Assembly (NCBI GenBank): GCA_002269645.1
Contig: NIVC01000121.1
Span: forward strand, 472,293-536,292
Source of the DNA: Macrostomum lignano
Taxonomy: Eukaryota
Direction: 5' to 3'
DNA: 64,000 bases
Part shown: in pieces, positions 1 to 12,125 of the stretch
How positions within the stretch are numbered: the stretch's first letter is position 1
Layout of the letters: the number at the start of each line of letters is the position of its first letter
Translations under genes and position numbers: made by a program
Notes under the pieces: generated by a model
What the model saw: the letters and a program-made list of their open reading frames with translations, nothing else
The model's database searches: none
What the model was told of the DNA's origin: nothing

Positions 1-1095
1 CTGCTGCCAATCCCCTCAGATCCTTCAGTGCCTGCTGCCAATCCCCTCAGATCCTTCAGTGCCTGCTGCCAATCCCCTCAGATCCTTCAGTGGCTGCTGC
101 CCCTCCCCTCAGATCCTTCAGTGGCTGCTGCCCCTCCCCTCAGATCCTTCAGTGCCTGCTGCCAATCCCCTCAGATCCTTCAGTGGCTGCTGCCAATCCC
201 CTCAGATCCTTCAGTGCCTGCTGCCAATCCCCTCAGATTCTTCAGTGCCTGCTGCCAATCCCCTCAGATTCTTCAGTGCCTGCTGCCAATCCCCTCAGAT
301 CCTTCAGTGGCTGCTGCCCCTCCCCTCAGATCCTTCAGTGCCTGCTGCCCCTCCCCTCAGATCCTTCAGTGGCTGCTGCCCCTCCCCTCAGATCCCTCAG
401 TGGCTGCTGCCCCTCCCCTCAGATTCTTCAGTGGCTGCTGCCCCTCCCCTCAGATCCTTCAGTGGCTGCTGCCCCTCCCCTCAGATCCCTCAGTGGCTGC
501 TGCCCCTCCCCTCAGATCCTTCAGTGCCTGCTGCCCCTCCCCTCAGACCCTTCAGTGGCTGCTGCCCCTCCCCTCAGATCCTTCAGTGGCTGCTGCTCCT
601 CCCCTCAGATCCTTCAGTGCCTGCTGCCCCTCCCCTCAGATCCCTCAGTGGCTGCTGCCCCTCCCCTCAGATCCTTCAGTGGCTGCTTCCCCTCCCCTCA
701 GATCCTTCAGTGCCTGCTGCCCTCCCCTCAGATCCTTCAGTGGCTGCTGCTCCTCCCCTCAGATCCTTCAGTGCCTGCTGCCCCTCCCCTCAGATCCCTC
801 AGTGGCTGCTGCCCCTCCCCTCAGATCCTTCAGTGGCTGCTTCCCCTCCCCTCAGATCCTTCAGTGCCTGCTGCCCCTCCCCTCAGATCCTTCAGTGGCT
901 GCTGCCCCTCCCCTCAGATCCTTCAGTGGCTGCTTCCCCTCCCCTCAGATCCTTCAGTGCCTGCTGCCCCTCCCCTCAGATCCTTCAGTGGCTGCTGCCC
1001 CTCCCCTCAGATCCTTCAGTGCCTGCTGCCCCTCCCCTCAGATCCTTCAGTGGCTGCTGCCCCTCCCCTCAGATCCTTCAGTGGCTGCTGCCCCT
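1..1095. repeat. 31-bp minisatellite (CTGCTGCCCCTCCCCTCAGATCCTTCAGTGG variants), about 35 copies, running off the window edge
   Basis: Direct tandem periodicity of 31 nt. The three overlapping + ORFs are translations of the repeat. Confidence 0.97.
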
Positions 1096-1800
1096 CTCAG
1101 TCTACAAAGCGGCGATTCGCAATTCCAATGGTTACTACACAATTCAACGCAAACAAAAAGCCAGTACTTGTTACATAATCGCTTCTGCAACTAAATCCGT
1201 TGCTTCCACCATCCACCTTTCTATTCTAAGTAATTGTAATCTGCGTCAGGTACTCGGAATTGCTCTCGGTCTCGCCTCACTCTATCGATGTCAATTCTCG
1301 TTTACTTCATGATTCATAGAGCAGACACTAGCCAGTCAGCCTCCTTCTTCCACTTTGCTTTCTCAACTCCAGCTCTATTCTAGCTCAAATAGATTGGTTG
1401 AGTGCGAATATTATAGGCAAAGGGGACTGCACTTGATGACGTCATCCATTCATTCGGGGTCAGAGGGTGCGGAATGCACATTATTACTATATTACATATA
1501 GCCTAGCAGTTAGTTAGTGTAAAGCTAAGCATACACAGCTTGGAGCTACTAGAAATTCCACTTAATCCTTGATCTACTTGACGGCTACAAGAGCTAGTGG
1601 GGTGCGGGTGGTGAATGTGCATGTGATGTAGGCATAGATTTAAAAGTCGGTTAAACAGAACAGACTGACAGACAGGTAGGGTAATAAGCCAAATAGTTAC
1701 CTTCAATCATCATCGCAACTCATTTTTAACTACTATAACCAAACTCTTGCAGTATTAAAAAAGAAAAACACAAAAGAAAATTAAATTGTTAATCTATTAA

Positions 1801-2172
1801 TTAAATGGATTGCTAATCTAGCTATTAGAATGGATTGCTAATCTAGTCAATAGAATGGATTGCTAATCTAGTCAATAGAATGGATTGCTTATCTAGTCAA
1901 TAGAATGGATTGCTTATCTAGTCATTAGAATGGATTGCTAATCTATCTAATATAATGGATTGCTAATCTAGTCAATAGAATGGATTGTTAATCTAGACAA
2001 TAGAATGGATTGCTAATCTAGTCAATATAATGGATTGCTAATCTAGTCAATAGAATGGATTGTTAATCTAGACAATAGAATGGATTGCTAATCTAGTCAA
2101 TAGAATGGATTGCTTATCTAGACAATAGAATGGATTGCTAATCTATCCATTAGAATGGATCGCTAATCTAGC
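1801..2172. repeat. 25-bp minisatellite (TAGAATGGATTGCTAATCTAGTCAA), about 15 copies
   Basis: ATGGATTG recurs at 1805, 1830, 1855 and onward. Confidence 0.95.
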
Positions 2173-2579
2173 CACCTTGAAGCAAAGGTACCTAAGTTAA
2201 TAGCTAAATTTCAGGCCATATGTAACAAGGGACATATGATAGACAAAAATTCGTAAGGTTATTATTCCCAAAAAAGGATTATTTCCCAACCGGCTGTTTT
2301 CAACAGAACAGTCAGCCATAATAGAGGATAAAATTTTATGCGCAATTTTTAATTACTAAACTGACACTCGTCTCAGATCAAACGGAATTATTTCCCTACA
2401 TTCCATAATTGTCTTGCAGACGGGCTACGAGCTACCATTTCACAGGTGTTACCTCAGGTGCTTGCAAGCAAATCCCAAATGCTCCCATAAGCGCATCTAA
2501 GCATAAATATAGCGGTAAAAAATGATTCGGCAATTTTTCTAACCACCCTTTGAGGTCACGCTAGCCTGAGGTCACGTCT

Positions 2580-3487
2580 GGACAGCGCTATTAACAGCAA
2601 TCTTGACAGCGCCATTAACAGCAATCTTGACAGCGCCATTAACAGCAATCTTGACAGCGCCATTGACAGCAATCTTGACAGCGCCATTAACAGCAATCTT
2701 GATAGCGCCATTAACAGCAATCTTGACAGCGCCATTAACAGCAATCTTGACAGCGCGCTATTAACAGCAATCTTGACAGCGCCATTAACAGCAATCTTGA
2801 CAGCGCCATTAACAGCAATCTTGACAGCGCCATTAACAGCAATCTTGACAGCGCCATTAACAGCAGTTTTGACAGCGCCATTAACAGCAATCTTGACAGC
2901 GCTATTAACAGCAATCTTGACAGCGCCATTAACAGCAATTTTGACAGCGCCATTAACAGCAATCTTGACAGCGCCATTAACAGCAATCTTGACAGCGCCA
3001 TTAACAGCAATCTTGACAGCGCCATTGACAGCAATCTTGACGCGCCATTAACAGCAATCTTGACAGCGCCATTGACGGCAATCTTGACAGCGCCATTGAC
3101 AGCAATCTTGACAGCGCCATTAACAGCAATCTTGACAGCGCCATTAACAGCAATCTTGACAGCGCCATTGACAGCAATCTTGACGCGCCATTAACAGCAA
3201 TCTTGACAGCGCCATTAACAGCAATCTTGACAGCGCCATTAACAGCAATCTTGACAGCGCCATTAACAGCAATCTTGACAGCGCCATTGACAGCAATCTT
3301 GACAGCGCCATTAACAGCAATCTTGACAGCGCCATTAACAGCAATCTTGACAGCGCCATTAACAGCAATCTTGACAGCGCCATTGACGGCAATCTTGACA
3401 GCGCCATTGACAGCAATCTTGACAGCGCCATTAACAGCAATCTTGACAGCGCCATTAACAGCAATCTTGACAGCGCCATTAACAGCT
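2580..3487. repeat. 24-bp minisatellite (TTGACAGCGCCATTAACAGCAATC), about 38 copies
   Basis: Tandem unit visible directly; it translates as repeated TAPLTAIL. Confidence 0.97.
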
Positions 3488-4496
3488 TTCTAACTGTACT
3501 GGAGAAAAATAACAACTACCAAAAATGCCAGTTAAAAATTAGAAAAAAAACAAGATACCACTACAACGCATTAAGCGTCGCTAGCGAAAAAAGTGAGCCC
3601 GAATCCAGGGCCCCCAAAAACTCTAGCAGCAGGATGCCAGAAAGTTACTACAAGAAGATCCAGCAGCAAGCAAGCAAGGTGTTAGTTTTCTTTAATACAC
3701 AAACCAGACCCCAAGCAGAGCCCAGAACCCTAACTTAGCGTGGGAAAGTGGCTAAAGAAGAAACGTTATTTCATCCATGGATTACTAAGAACAATGCTAA
3801 CATCTGGATTGCAAAATTAAAATGTGCTTTGAATTTCATTTTTAGTCTAATTTAATCAAGGAAAATACCAACGAGGTTCAATATTATACTCTTTCGGATT
3901 TTTCTAACAACTAATAAGCTAAAGAACTTAATTAAAGTTTCAAAGAATCCTTTTAGATTAACAAATTTTATACGCTTAGAACGCCTTGTGATTGAATATA
4001 AGCTGTGAAACATGTTCCCACACGCCACCAGATCCTCTCAAGCCAGCATGTACACACGCAGACACCACTCCGTCATTGGAGGCTAAGTAAACAACAAAAA
4101 ACTTGCTGTAAAACACTATCACACACACTATACGGTAGATCATGCATATAGAAGTCCTATGAGGGCTCTCTGAAAAAGTTCTATATATCAGATACATGTA
4201 TGCTAGCATAGGCAAAGTAAACAATTACGAAAAACTGAAAGAAAATCGAGGTCAATCATACTCGAGGTCAAAGTTATAAAGTAACTGCTCATACTGGGAC
4301 AAAGTTCAAGAGAGATTTCCAACCCGATCCTAGATTAATATCTGATATCTGATTGGTCAAAACTAATTAGGCGAATAACTTAAACAATAAAAGGTTTTTA
4401 CGTAGCTAATAGAGCTTATGAACCTACTAACTAGTTAATAAACGATGCACCAATTTAATGAAATGTTATGAAAAAGTTCCCTACTTTTCACACAGG

Positions 4497-4513
4497 CAGC
4501 CAGACAGACAGAA

Positions 4514-4546
<33 letters not shown>

Positions 4547-4591
4547 CACACACAGACAGACAGACGGACACACAGACAGACAGACACACAC

Positions 4592-4638
<47 letters not shown>

Positions 4639-4833
4639 GGCAGGCAGGCAGACAGGCAGGCAGACAGGCAGGAAGACAGGCAGGCAGACAGACAGGCAGA
4701 CAGGCAGGCAGACAGGCAGGCAGGCAGACAGGCAGACAGGCAGGCAGGCAGACAGACAGACAGACAGACAGGCAGACAGGCAGGCAGACAGGCAGGCAGA
4801 CAGACAGACAGACAGACAGGCAGACAGATACTA

Positions 4834-4890
<57 letters not shown>

Positions 4891-4957
4891 GGCAGGCAGA
4901 CAGGCAGGCAGACAGACACACACACAGACAGACAGACACACAGACAGACAGACACAC

Positions 4958-4992
<35 letters not shown>

Positions 4993-5371
4993 GGCAGGCA
5001 GACAGGCAGGCAGACAGGCAGGAAGACAGGCAGGCAGACAGACAGGCAGACAGACAGGCAGACAGGCAGGCAGACAGGCAGGCAGACAGGCAGACAGGCA
5101 GGCAGACAGACAGGCAGACAGGCAGGCAGACAGGCAGGCAGACAGGCAGACAGGCAGGCAGACAGACAGACAGACAGACAGGCAGACAGGCAGACAGACA
5201 GACAGACAGACAGACGGACACACAGACAGACAGACACACACACAGACAGACAGACAGACAGACAGACAGGCAGACAGGCAGGCAGGCAGACAGACAGACA
5301 GACAGACAGACAGACAGGCAGGCAGACAGGCAGGCAGACAGACAGACAGACAGACAGGCAGACAGATACTA

Positions 5372-5428
<57 letters not shown>

Positions 5429-5495
5429 GGCAGGCAGACAGGCAGGCAGACAGACACACACACAGACAGACAGACACACAGACAGACAGACACAC

Positions 5496-5530
<35 letters not shown>

Positions 5531-5770
5531 GGCAGGCAGACAGGCAGGCAGACAGGCAGGAAGACAGGCAGGCAGACAGACAGGCAGACAGACAGGCAGA
5601 CAGGCAGGCAGACAGGCAGGCAGACAGGCAGACAGGCAGGCAGACAGACAGGCAGACAGGCAGGCAGACAGGCAGGCAGACAGGCAGACAGGCAGGCAGA
5701 CAGACAGACAGACAGACAGGCAGACAGGCAGACAGACAGACAGGCAGACAGACAGACAGACAGACAGACA
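4497..5770. repeat. Compound (GACA)n/(GGCA)n/(CA)n microsatellite in the Sidekick intron
   Basis: Tetranucleotide units. A landmark (GATACTAAGATAGAC) occurs twice, about 540 bp apart. Confidence 0.97.
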
Positions 5771-5779
5771 GGCCCTCAC

Positions 5780-8367
5780 CGGCTGGAGTTGCTGAGCAGC
5801 ACGGAGTTGCGGTACCACAGAATGGCTGGCTGAGGCTCGCCGCTAGCCGAGCACTGCAGCTGCCTGTCGGAGCCGTGCGACACGACCACGTCGGAGGCCA
5901 CGGAGCCGGGCACCAGGGTGGGCGCCTGCTGCATGATGAGGTAGGCGGAGCCCGAGGCGACTGGCGAAGAGGCGGCGCCGCCGCCAACCAACTGACCTTC
6001 GCAGACGTATCTGAATTGTGTAAAAAGTAAAAAATTGAAATCTTGCATCCGTATTAGAGCGGCCTCAGGTGCGTCAACTTGTTTCAATATCCGTTCATTT
6101 TTCTTAATAACCTAATTTAACGAGATGCCTCTGTCCTATCACATGTAAACTGCATCGTCATCGTAGAGAAATTAGATAGTAGAAATGAGATGGGGAAGTA
6201 TGCCGAGGCTGGAGAGGGGCAGGAGAGAGGAGAGAAAGAAAAGTGGAGAGGATCATTGCTCAATTAGTTTTAATGGCAAATGAGGCAGAGAGAAGGGGAT
6301 TCAGAGAGTGGGGAGGGGGAGAAGGGAAGAGAGAGCGGGAGAGGGAGAGGAGAGGGAGAGGTAGAGGGAAAGGGAGGGAGAGGTAGAGGGAAAGGGAGGG
6401 AGAGGTAGAGGGAAAGGGAGGGAGAGGTAGAGGGAAAGGGAGGGAGAGGTAGAGGGAAAGGGAGGGAGAGGTAGAGGGAAAGGGAGGGAGAGGTAGAGGG
6501 AAAGGGAGGGAGAGATAGAGGGAAAGGGAGGGAGAGGTAGATGGAAAGGGAGGGAGAGGTAGAGGGAAAGAGAGGGAGAGGTAGAGGGAGAGGAGATGGA
6601 AAGGAGGAGAAGTAGAGTGAGAGACGGAGAGGTAGAAGAAAAGGGAGCTAGAGGGAGAGGAGAGGGAAAGGGGAGGGAGAGAGGAAAGGTAGAGGGAAAG
6701 AGAGGGAGAGGGAGAGGAGAGAGAGGAAGAGATAAGAGGTGAGGGAGGGAGAGCACTACAGGTGTGAAACACGGCAGGTTGTCAGCTCACCTGGCCTGAT
6801 CTCTCTGCCCCAGATTGCTGATGGTCAGTCGCCGGGCATAACTGGGCTCCAGCATGTACTTCACGCCGTCGTGAATAATTTCGCTCTTCACCGGGGACTC
6901 CAGGTCTGCTTTGTACCAGCGAATCCGCAGGTACTCCAGCGGCCGGGCATTGAAGACGCACTCAAATATCGCCCTGCTGGTGATCGGGCTGCCCAGTTGG
7001 AAAGTGAAATTGCCCGACTGCCACAGCAGTTGGGGATCGGATCTAGCCGGGGGAGTCGAACCCGTGACCACCAGGGTGTAAGTTGGACTGTTGATGTAAG
7101 TCGTGTCGTGATAGTTGTTAGTCATTTGAGCCTGCAATTCATATATAAAAGGACTGAATTTAGCATTGCATAAATTAACAAGAAATGACAGGGGTGCTAA
7201 CAGGGATAACAGGGGTGTTAACAGGGATGATAGGGGTGCTAGCAGGGATGACAGGGGTGCTAGCAGGGATGACAGGGGTGCTAGCAGGGATGACAGGGGT
7301 GCTAGCAGGGATGGCAGGGGTGCTAGCAGGGATTACAGGGGTGCTAGCAGGGATGACAGGGGTGCTAGCAGGGATGACAGGGGTGCTAGCAGGGATGACA
7401 GGGGTGCTAGCAGGGATGACAGGGGTGCTAGCAGGGATTACAGTGGTGCTATTAGAGATAACAGGGGTGCTAGCAGGGATGACAGGGGTGCTATTAGAGA
7501 TAACAGGGGTGCTAACAGGGATGACAGGGGTGCTAGCAGGGATGACAGGGGTGCTAGCAGGGATTACAGTGGTGCTATTGGAGATAACAGGGGTGCTAGC
7601 AGGGATGACAGGGGTGCTATTAGAGATAACAGGGGTGCTAACAGGGATGACAGGGGTGCTAGCAGGGATGACAGGGGTGCTAGCAGGGATGACAGGGGTG
7701 CTAGCAGGGATGACAAGGATGCTAACAGGAGTGACAGGGGTGACAGGGGTGCTAGGGTAGCAGGGAATTACAAGACAAACGAGAGTCACACCTGATAGAC
7801 GAAGCCATTCTCAGCGGTGCTAACATTCAGCACAAACAATCGACTCGAAGACATTGAAACGAAATGCCTGGCATCTTCGTCAACTCTGAATCCATTTCTA
7901 AGCCAGCTGGCACTGGGAGGCGGGTAGGCGCTGACAGGCGGCAAGGCCAGTTGCAAAGCTCCGCCCAGACTCGCACCGACATTCCTACTCGACTCAGTTG
8001 GCGGATCGAAATAGCCGACACGAAAATCGATGCCCAGATCTCTGAGGCCGCCGTATTCGTTGAAGGCGAAGCATCGGTACAGACCGGCGTCGCTCCGATT
8101 CACACTGGTGATCCTGTAGGTGAAGGTGTCATTTAACCGAATCCAACGATCTAATTCGCCTTTGCGCCAGGCGTACACTGCACTCGGTCGGGCATTCGCT
8201 TCGCAATTGAACACGTGCCGGTTGCCTTCCATCTGGGTGACTGGCGTCCCGGGGCCAGCATTGTAGTGAGTGAAGGATCTGGGCGGGTAGAAATCCTGAG
8301 CGCTAGCTAATAACAGGGCTAGTGTTAGTAGCAGAGACAGAGCTAGGTTGAGCTGTCGGTTGAGCAT
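5780..8367 (-). CDS. sdk: Sidekick-like Ig-superfamily cell-adhesion protein, first three coding exons (signal peptide + Ig1-Ig4 part); the gene continues beyond 5780
   Basis: Exons 8367-7792 (ATG; signal peptide MLNRQLNLALSLLLTLALLLASAQ; donor CAG|GTGTGA), 7131-6791 (TTGCAG|; AG|GTGAG) and 6010-5780 (TTCAG|; CG|GTGAG) splice in frame. The peptides QMEGNRHVFNCEA, LPPVSAYPPPSASWLRNG, FECVFNARPLEYLRIRW and YARRLTISN..D..RYVCE match Sidekick Ig1-3 as I recall them (LEGNRLVLTCLA, LPITSYPRPQVTWFREG, LECIASARPVEDLSVTW, FGRRLTISN). Confidence 0.85.
6295..6745. repeat. Polypurine tract containing a 22-bp repeat (GGAGGGAGAGGTAGAGGGAAAG) in Sidekick intron 2
   Basis: Almost pure A/G on the + strand with 22-nt periodicity. 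Confidence 0.93.
7186..7757. repeat. 21-bp minisatellite (GACAGGGGTGCTAGCAGGGAT), about 27 copies, in Sidekick intron 1
   Basis: Direct tandem periodicity. Confidence 0.96.
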
Positions 8368-8706
8368 TGTTGCTCTACGACTGCAGAGGACTGACCCAGT
8401 CTACTGCAACTCGGTAGTTCGCTTCAATTTGGGTTTTTTCAATCGTTCTGCAGAACCAGCGGCATGCAAAAAAGATTGGAATTTATGGCCGATTTTTTAT
8501 ACTTTGAAAGCATTGGCAGTTTCGCTTAGCCAACAGAATTAGCAGAGATTTTTCAGCCAATAGGAAACCAATTGCTAGATATTTAAATAACTGGAGTCTG
8601 GATGAAAGCATCTCACAGGCGAACTACACTACTGATAAGTAGGATAAATAGTGCATATTTGGACTATTAATTCTAGAGCAATCAGTTTCTGTCGAACTGT
8701 CTATTG

Positions 8707-8898
8707 CAGGGGTCGGCAAACTCCAGCCCACGGACCTCTCCTCTCCCTTCATCAATTTTATCTTTTTTCTCCTTTATTCCCTCACTTTATCTCTCCTATT
8801 TTCTTCCCTTTTCTCTTCTCTTCTCCCCCATCATCTGGCCTATAGTCTTCGCTAGCTTCTCTATTTGTCCATTGTGTTAAAAAGTTTGCAAATCCCTG
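8707..8898. mobile_element. hAT-type MITE
   Basis: Imperfect TIRs CAGGGGTCGGCAAACT...AGTTTGCAAATCCCTG. The 8-bp flanks GTCTATTG / GTCTATCT match 6/8, consistent with a decayed hAT target-site duplication. Confidence 0.65.
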
Positions 8899-11800
8899 GT
8901 CTATCTAGTGCGATTTGACCCTTAACCTTCAGCTATGGCTAAGTTCAAATCTCGGCTACAAAAGGGATTTTATAGCCTATTTGTCATTTCAACAATGTTA
9001 GTCATTGTAGCATTTCTATTAAAGGACTCTCTAGTAGGCCTAAAGAAAGTCATCTAAGGTAAAGTAGCTTGCTAACAATGAAAAATATATAAGCAAAAAA
9101 ATAAACATACCAACTATTCTATTAATCAATATGCTATCATTATGTTGCCAATGTATTTTGTCCATTGTGCCTACGGACATCATTAAGGCTAATTAAATTA
9201 ATTATATACTACATAATCCAAATTGTCTAATTGTCTAATTCTTTGTGGGTTAAAATGCAAAGTTGGTGATTATGACCTGTCACCTAACATGGCAAGCTAG
9301 TTTTTAGCCTTCTAATAAGCTACCTTTGATCTTATTATATTATAATATAGCCTTGATCATTTTATACACTTTGTCTTTAGTTTAGCATTACAGCAGTTAT
9401 TGCAAGTAAGCAAATGTTTATTGATAGCAGAGTTTTTCAACTTTTGTGTATAGGTATATTATTAGGTTTTTCATATGTAATGTAGGAAACACTCTAGTCA
9501 CTAGAAAAAAGAGCAAATAAGCATTTTTTAAATAAGGCCCAGCTATAACTATATCTATACTGATTCAAATGCATTGGCAATAGAATATAGTATATTATTA
9601 GAATGGAAACTGGAAAATGAATTCCATCTATTGTAGTATTGTATTTGTTTTAACATAAATAATAAATTATTAGAAGCATTACCTGTTCAAACAGTTCAAG
9701 TACTATACATATTAGGCTTAATATTAATACTAAGTCCAAGTGTGAAAACGCTTTAAAACTGTAATTCAAAAAAGAGAATATAAAATTTGAAAGAGCCTTC
9801 ACATCTCAGTCTCTAAATCTGTTGCCCCGATTGCCGATTGGTAGATGGGGAGATGTCTGTCAAACTTCAGTTAAATATTTGATGAATTTTCATCCTCTAT
9901 ATTAAAAACAAAATCGACCAATACGTTTATTATAGGATCTAGCTAGGTATGTGATTGATGCGGTAGTGGCGGATCCATGGGAGGCAGGGTGGCTGCCCCC
10001 TAATTTGCTGTCGCCAATCTGCCACCCGCCCCCCTTCCCTAATTAAAAAATCCTGATTGCTGATTCCACCGCTGAAATGCAGTTAAAGAATACCCTGGAT
10101 TATAGAATTTAGTTTCAAACTCATTTTCTTAAAGAGCTAAACTTGCGTACCAGATTTTTAGCTGTAAACCAAATATAATACTGCTATAAGTCAATTTTAT
10201 ATCGGAGAAACACCCTGACCTGTAGACCCAAAAACCGACATAGGCTGACTAGTTGAAAAATTTGAAATAAGGAAGTGAAGCAAGTTTTGCTGATCCACTA
10301 AAGTTTTGACTAATACAATAAAATACAGTTAACTGCAGAAAAATTCCTAAACAGTGTTTTTAAAAGTATTCTGACTGCTATTATTTGTTGAGAAACATGA
10401 AAATTTGTTTGAAGTAGCTTATAATTCAAACCTTTGATAAAACGAATTAATACATGTACTAAAATTTAAATGATATGTCTATTCTCCCGTCCGTTTATTC
10501 AACTCTTTAATTATCTATGAAATTGGTTCCAGTAATAAAGAGAGCCATAGACGTATCTTATAGTCACAGCAATTGTCTTACCCACTAATGTAACAAGCTC
10601 TGTACATTACTAGCACATGTGCTTTTTATTACTTGCATTACATTTAATTAAATTTACTGATTATTACAGGTCAATTTACATGTAGAAAACAAAAATTTGG
10701 AAAATTTTCCATGCATGTATTTTCCCGTCCTTTTACTTGTGTAGTCGACCTTGTATTTACTCTGTAGAAACTGCATGTGGTGCACTTTAAATTATCTATA
10801 CCTTTGCGAAACAAAATACTCGACCGTAGCGATATTCATTACTGTGGCCGGGGCAAAATTTTTTAGAGTCCTACCTACTGATCTACACTCATCATTTATT
10901 ACTTGTTTTGAGGCCCTTTTTGGCGTCAGAAGCGGTAGTCACGTACGGGTAGTATCGGTGCTTTCGACATTTTTTTCTCAACTTTTGATATGCAAAAAAT
11001 GCTTGCAGTTTAATTTTTGTTCTGGTCCTACAGGTGTCTGGCAGCTCTAAAACAGATCTGCTGTCCTATCGTTTACCCCCCCCCAAAGTGCCCTAAAACT
11101 TAGCCCAAAACTTTTTTATTCTTTCCCTGTGGAATCTCATATACATGTACAGTACGTGTACATGTACCGATCTGGATTGCAGCCAATTCGCGTTGGACGT
11201 AGTACAAAAGAATATATCTTATTCTAATTCCAAATCAACGAATTTGGATACGAGAAAATTAACCCAGAGCAGGGTTATATAACTCCAGGACTCGACCTAC
11301 ACATATACCCAGCTAGCTACTATATAACTAAAAGTTCAAATTTGCATACTGCAAGTAGCTCGTATGTGTGTACACTGCAAAGTCTGCATTTTTATTGGGT
11401 CTTCATGCAGCTACTGAAAAGTAGAAACTATCGACTGTAGGGCCAGGCCAACTGCAGGACATAACCAAGCTGGAAACTGTATGCAATATGAGCATTGTAA
11501 AATTGTCTCAGCCTGTATACATGTACACGGATGGACATGTCGAAATAACAACGTTTCTTGATGAAATAATATCTTTGCCGCGCAGTCGAGCACACTTGAG
11601 CTAGTCAGTAACTCTTTGCTTTATTAATATACTTATGTAAATCTTTTTATGTGCACCTATCAAGCTCAAATCATTTTTGTCTTTTATTCGTCACCTTCTA
11701 AAAGTATATATCTCACGCTGCCACGCAAAAACTGGGGAAAATGCTAACACACATTCCGTGGGCGTAAAAGCTTTCAATTCAAGGTAAATAGCAATAACTA

Positions 11801-12013
11801 CATTTACCTGCTGACTAAGAGTGTCAAAAACATTTACTTATTGTCATTAACAAAAAATCGCAAATAAAATCTGTGCAAATTTGTTCACGCAGGGTTAAAC
11901 TGGGTAATTTAGAACATTTTTTGTCGCTGAAAGCTAAAAGCTTGGTAAACAAATACCCAAACTGTATTATTGGTGCCTTTAGAAGCAAGAACGAAAGACG
12001 TGCTGAAAGCAAC

Positions 12014-12027
12014 GTTGCTATGGTAGA
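12014..12027 (+). promoter_or_regulatory. RFX X-box-like motif upstream of lectin copy 1
   Basis: GTTGCTATGGTAGA, 2 mismatches to GTHNYYATRRNAAC, about 100 bp before the ATG at 12126. Confidence 0.45.
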
Positions 12028-12125
12028 TAATGGGACTAAACAATGCATATAATAAATGCATTGATCAGCTGCATCTAGCTAGAAGCAATTTTATTACTAA
12101 AAAGTTCCATCAACACAAATCAAGG

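Noticed and set aside
28-1312. Three overlapping 360-420 aa ORFs
   Set aside because: They are translations of a stop-free 31-bp repeat in all frames, with no coding signal.
2580-3487. CRISPR-like regular array (also 1801-2172, 7186-7757, 24721-24920)
   Set aside because: The units are directly adjacent with no unique spacers, there are no cas genes, and the context is eukaryotic with introns.
3976-4224. Possible fourth Sidekick exon (YLASNDG resembles CFASNEGG)
   Set aside because: It lacks the Ig Cys and the D-x-G-x-Y motif, and I found no convincing phase-2 acceptor.
4458-5987. Long QTDR/CLSV ORFs
   Set aside because: Microsatellite translations; only 6010-5780 is a real exon.
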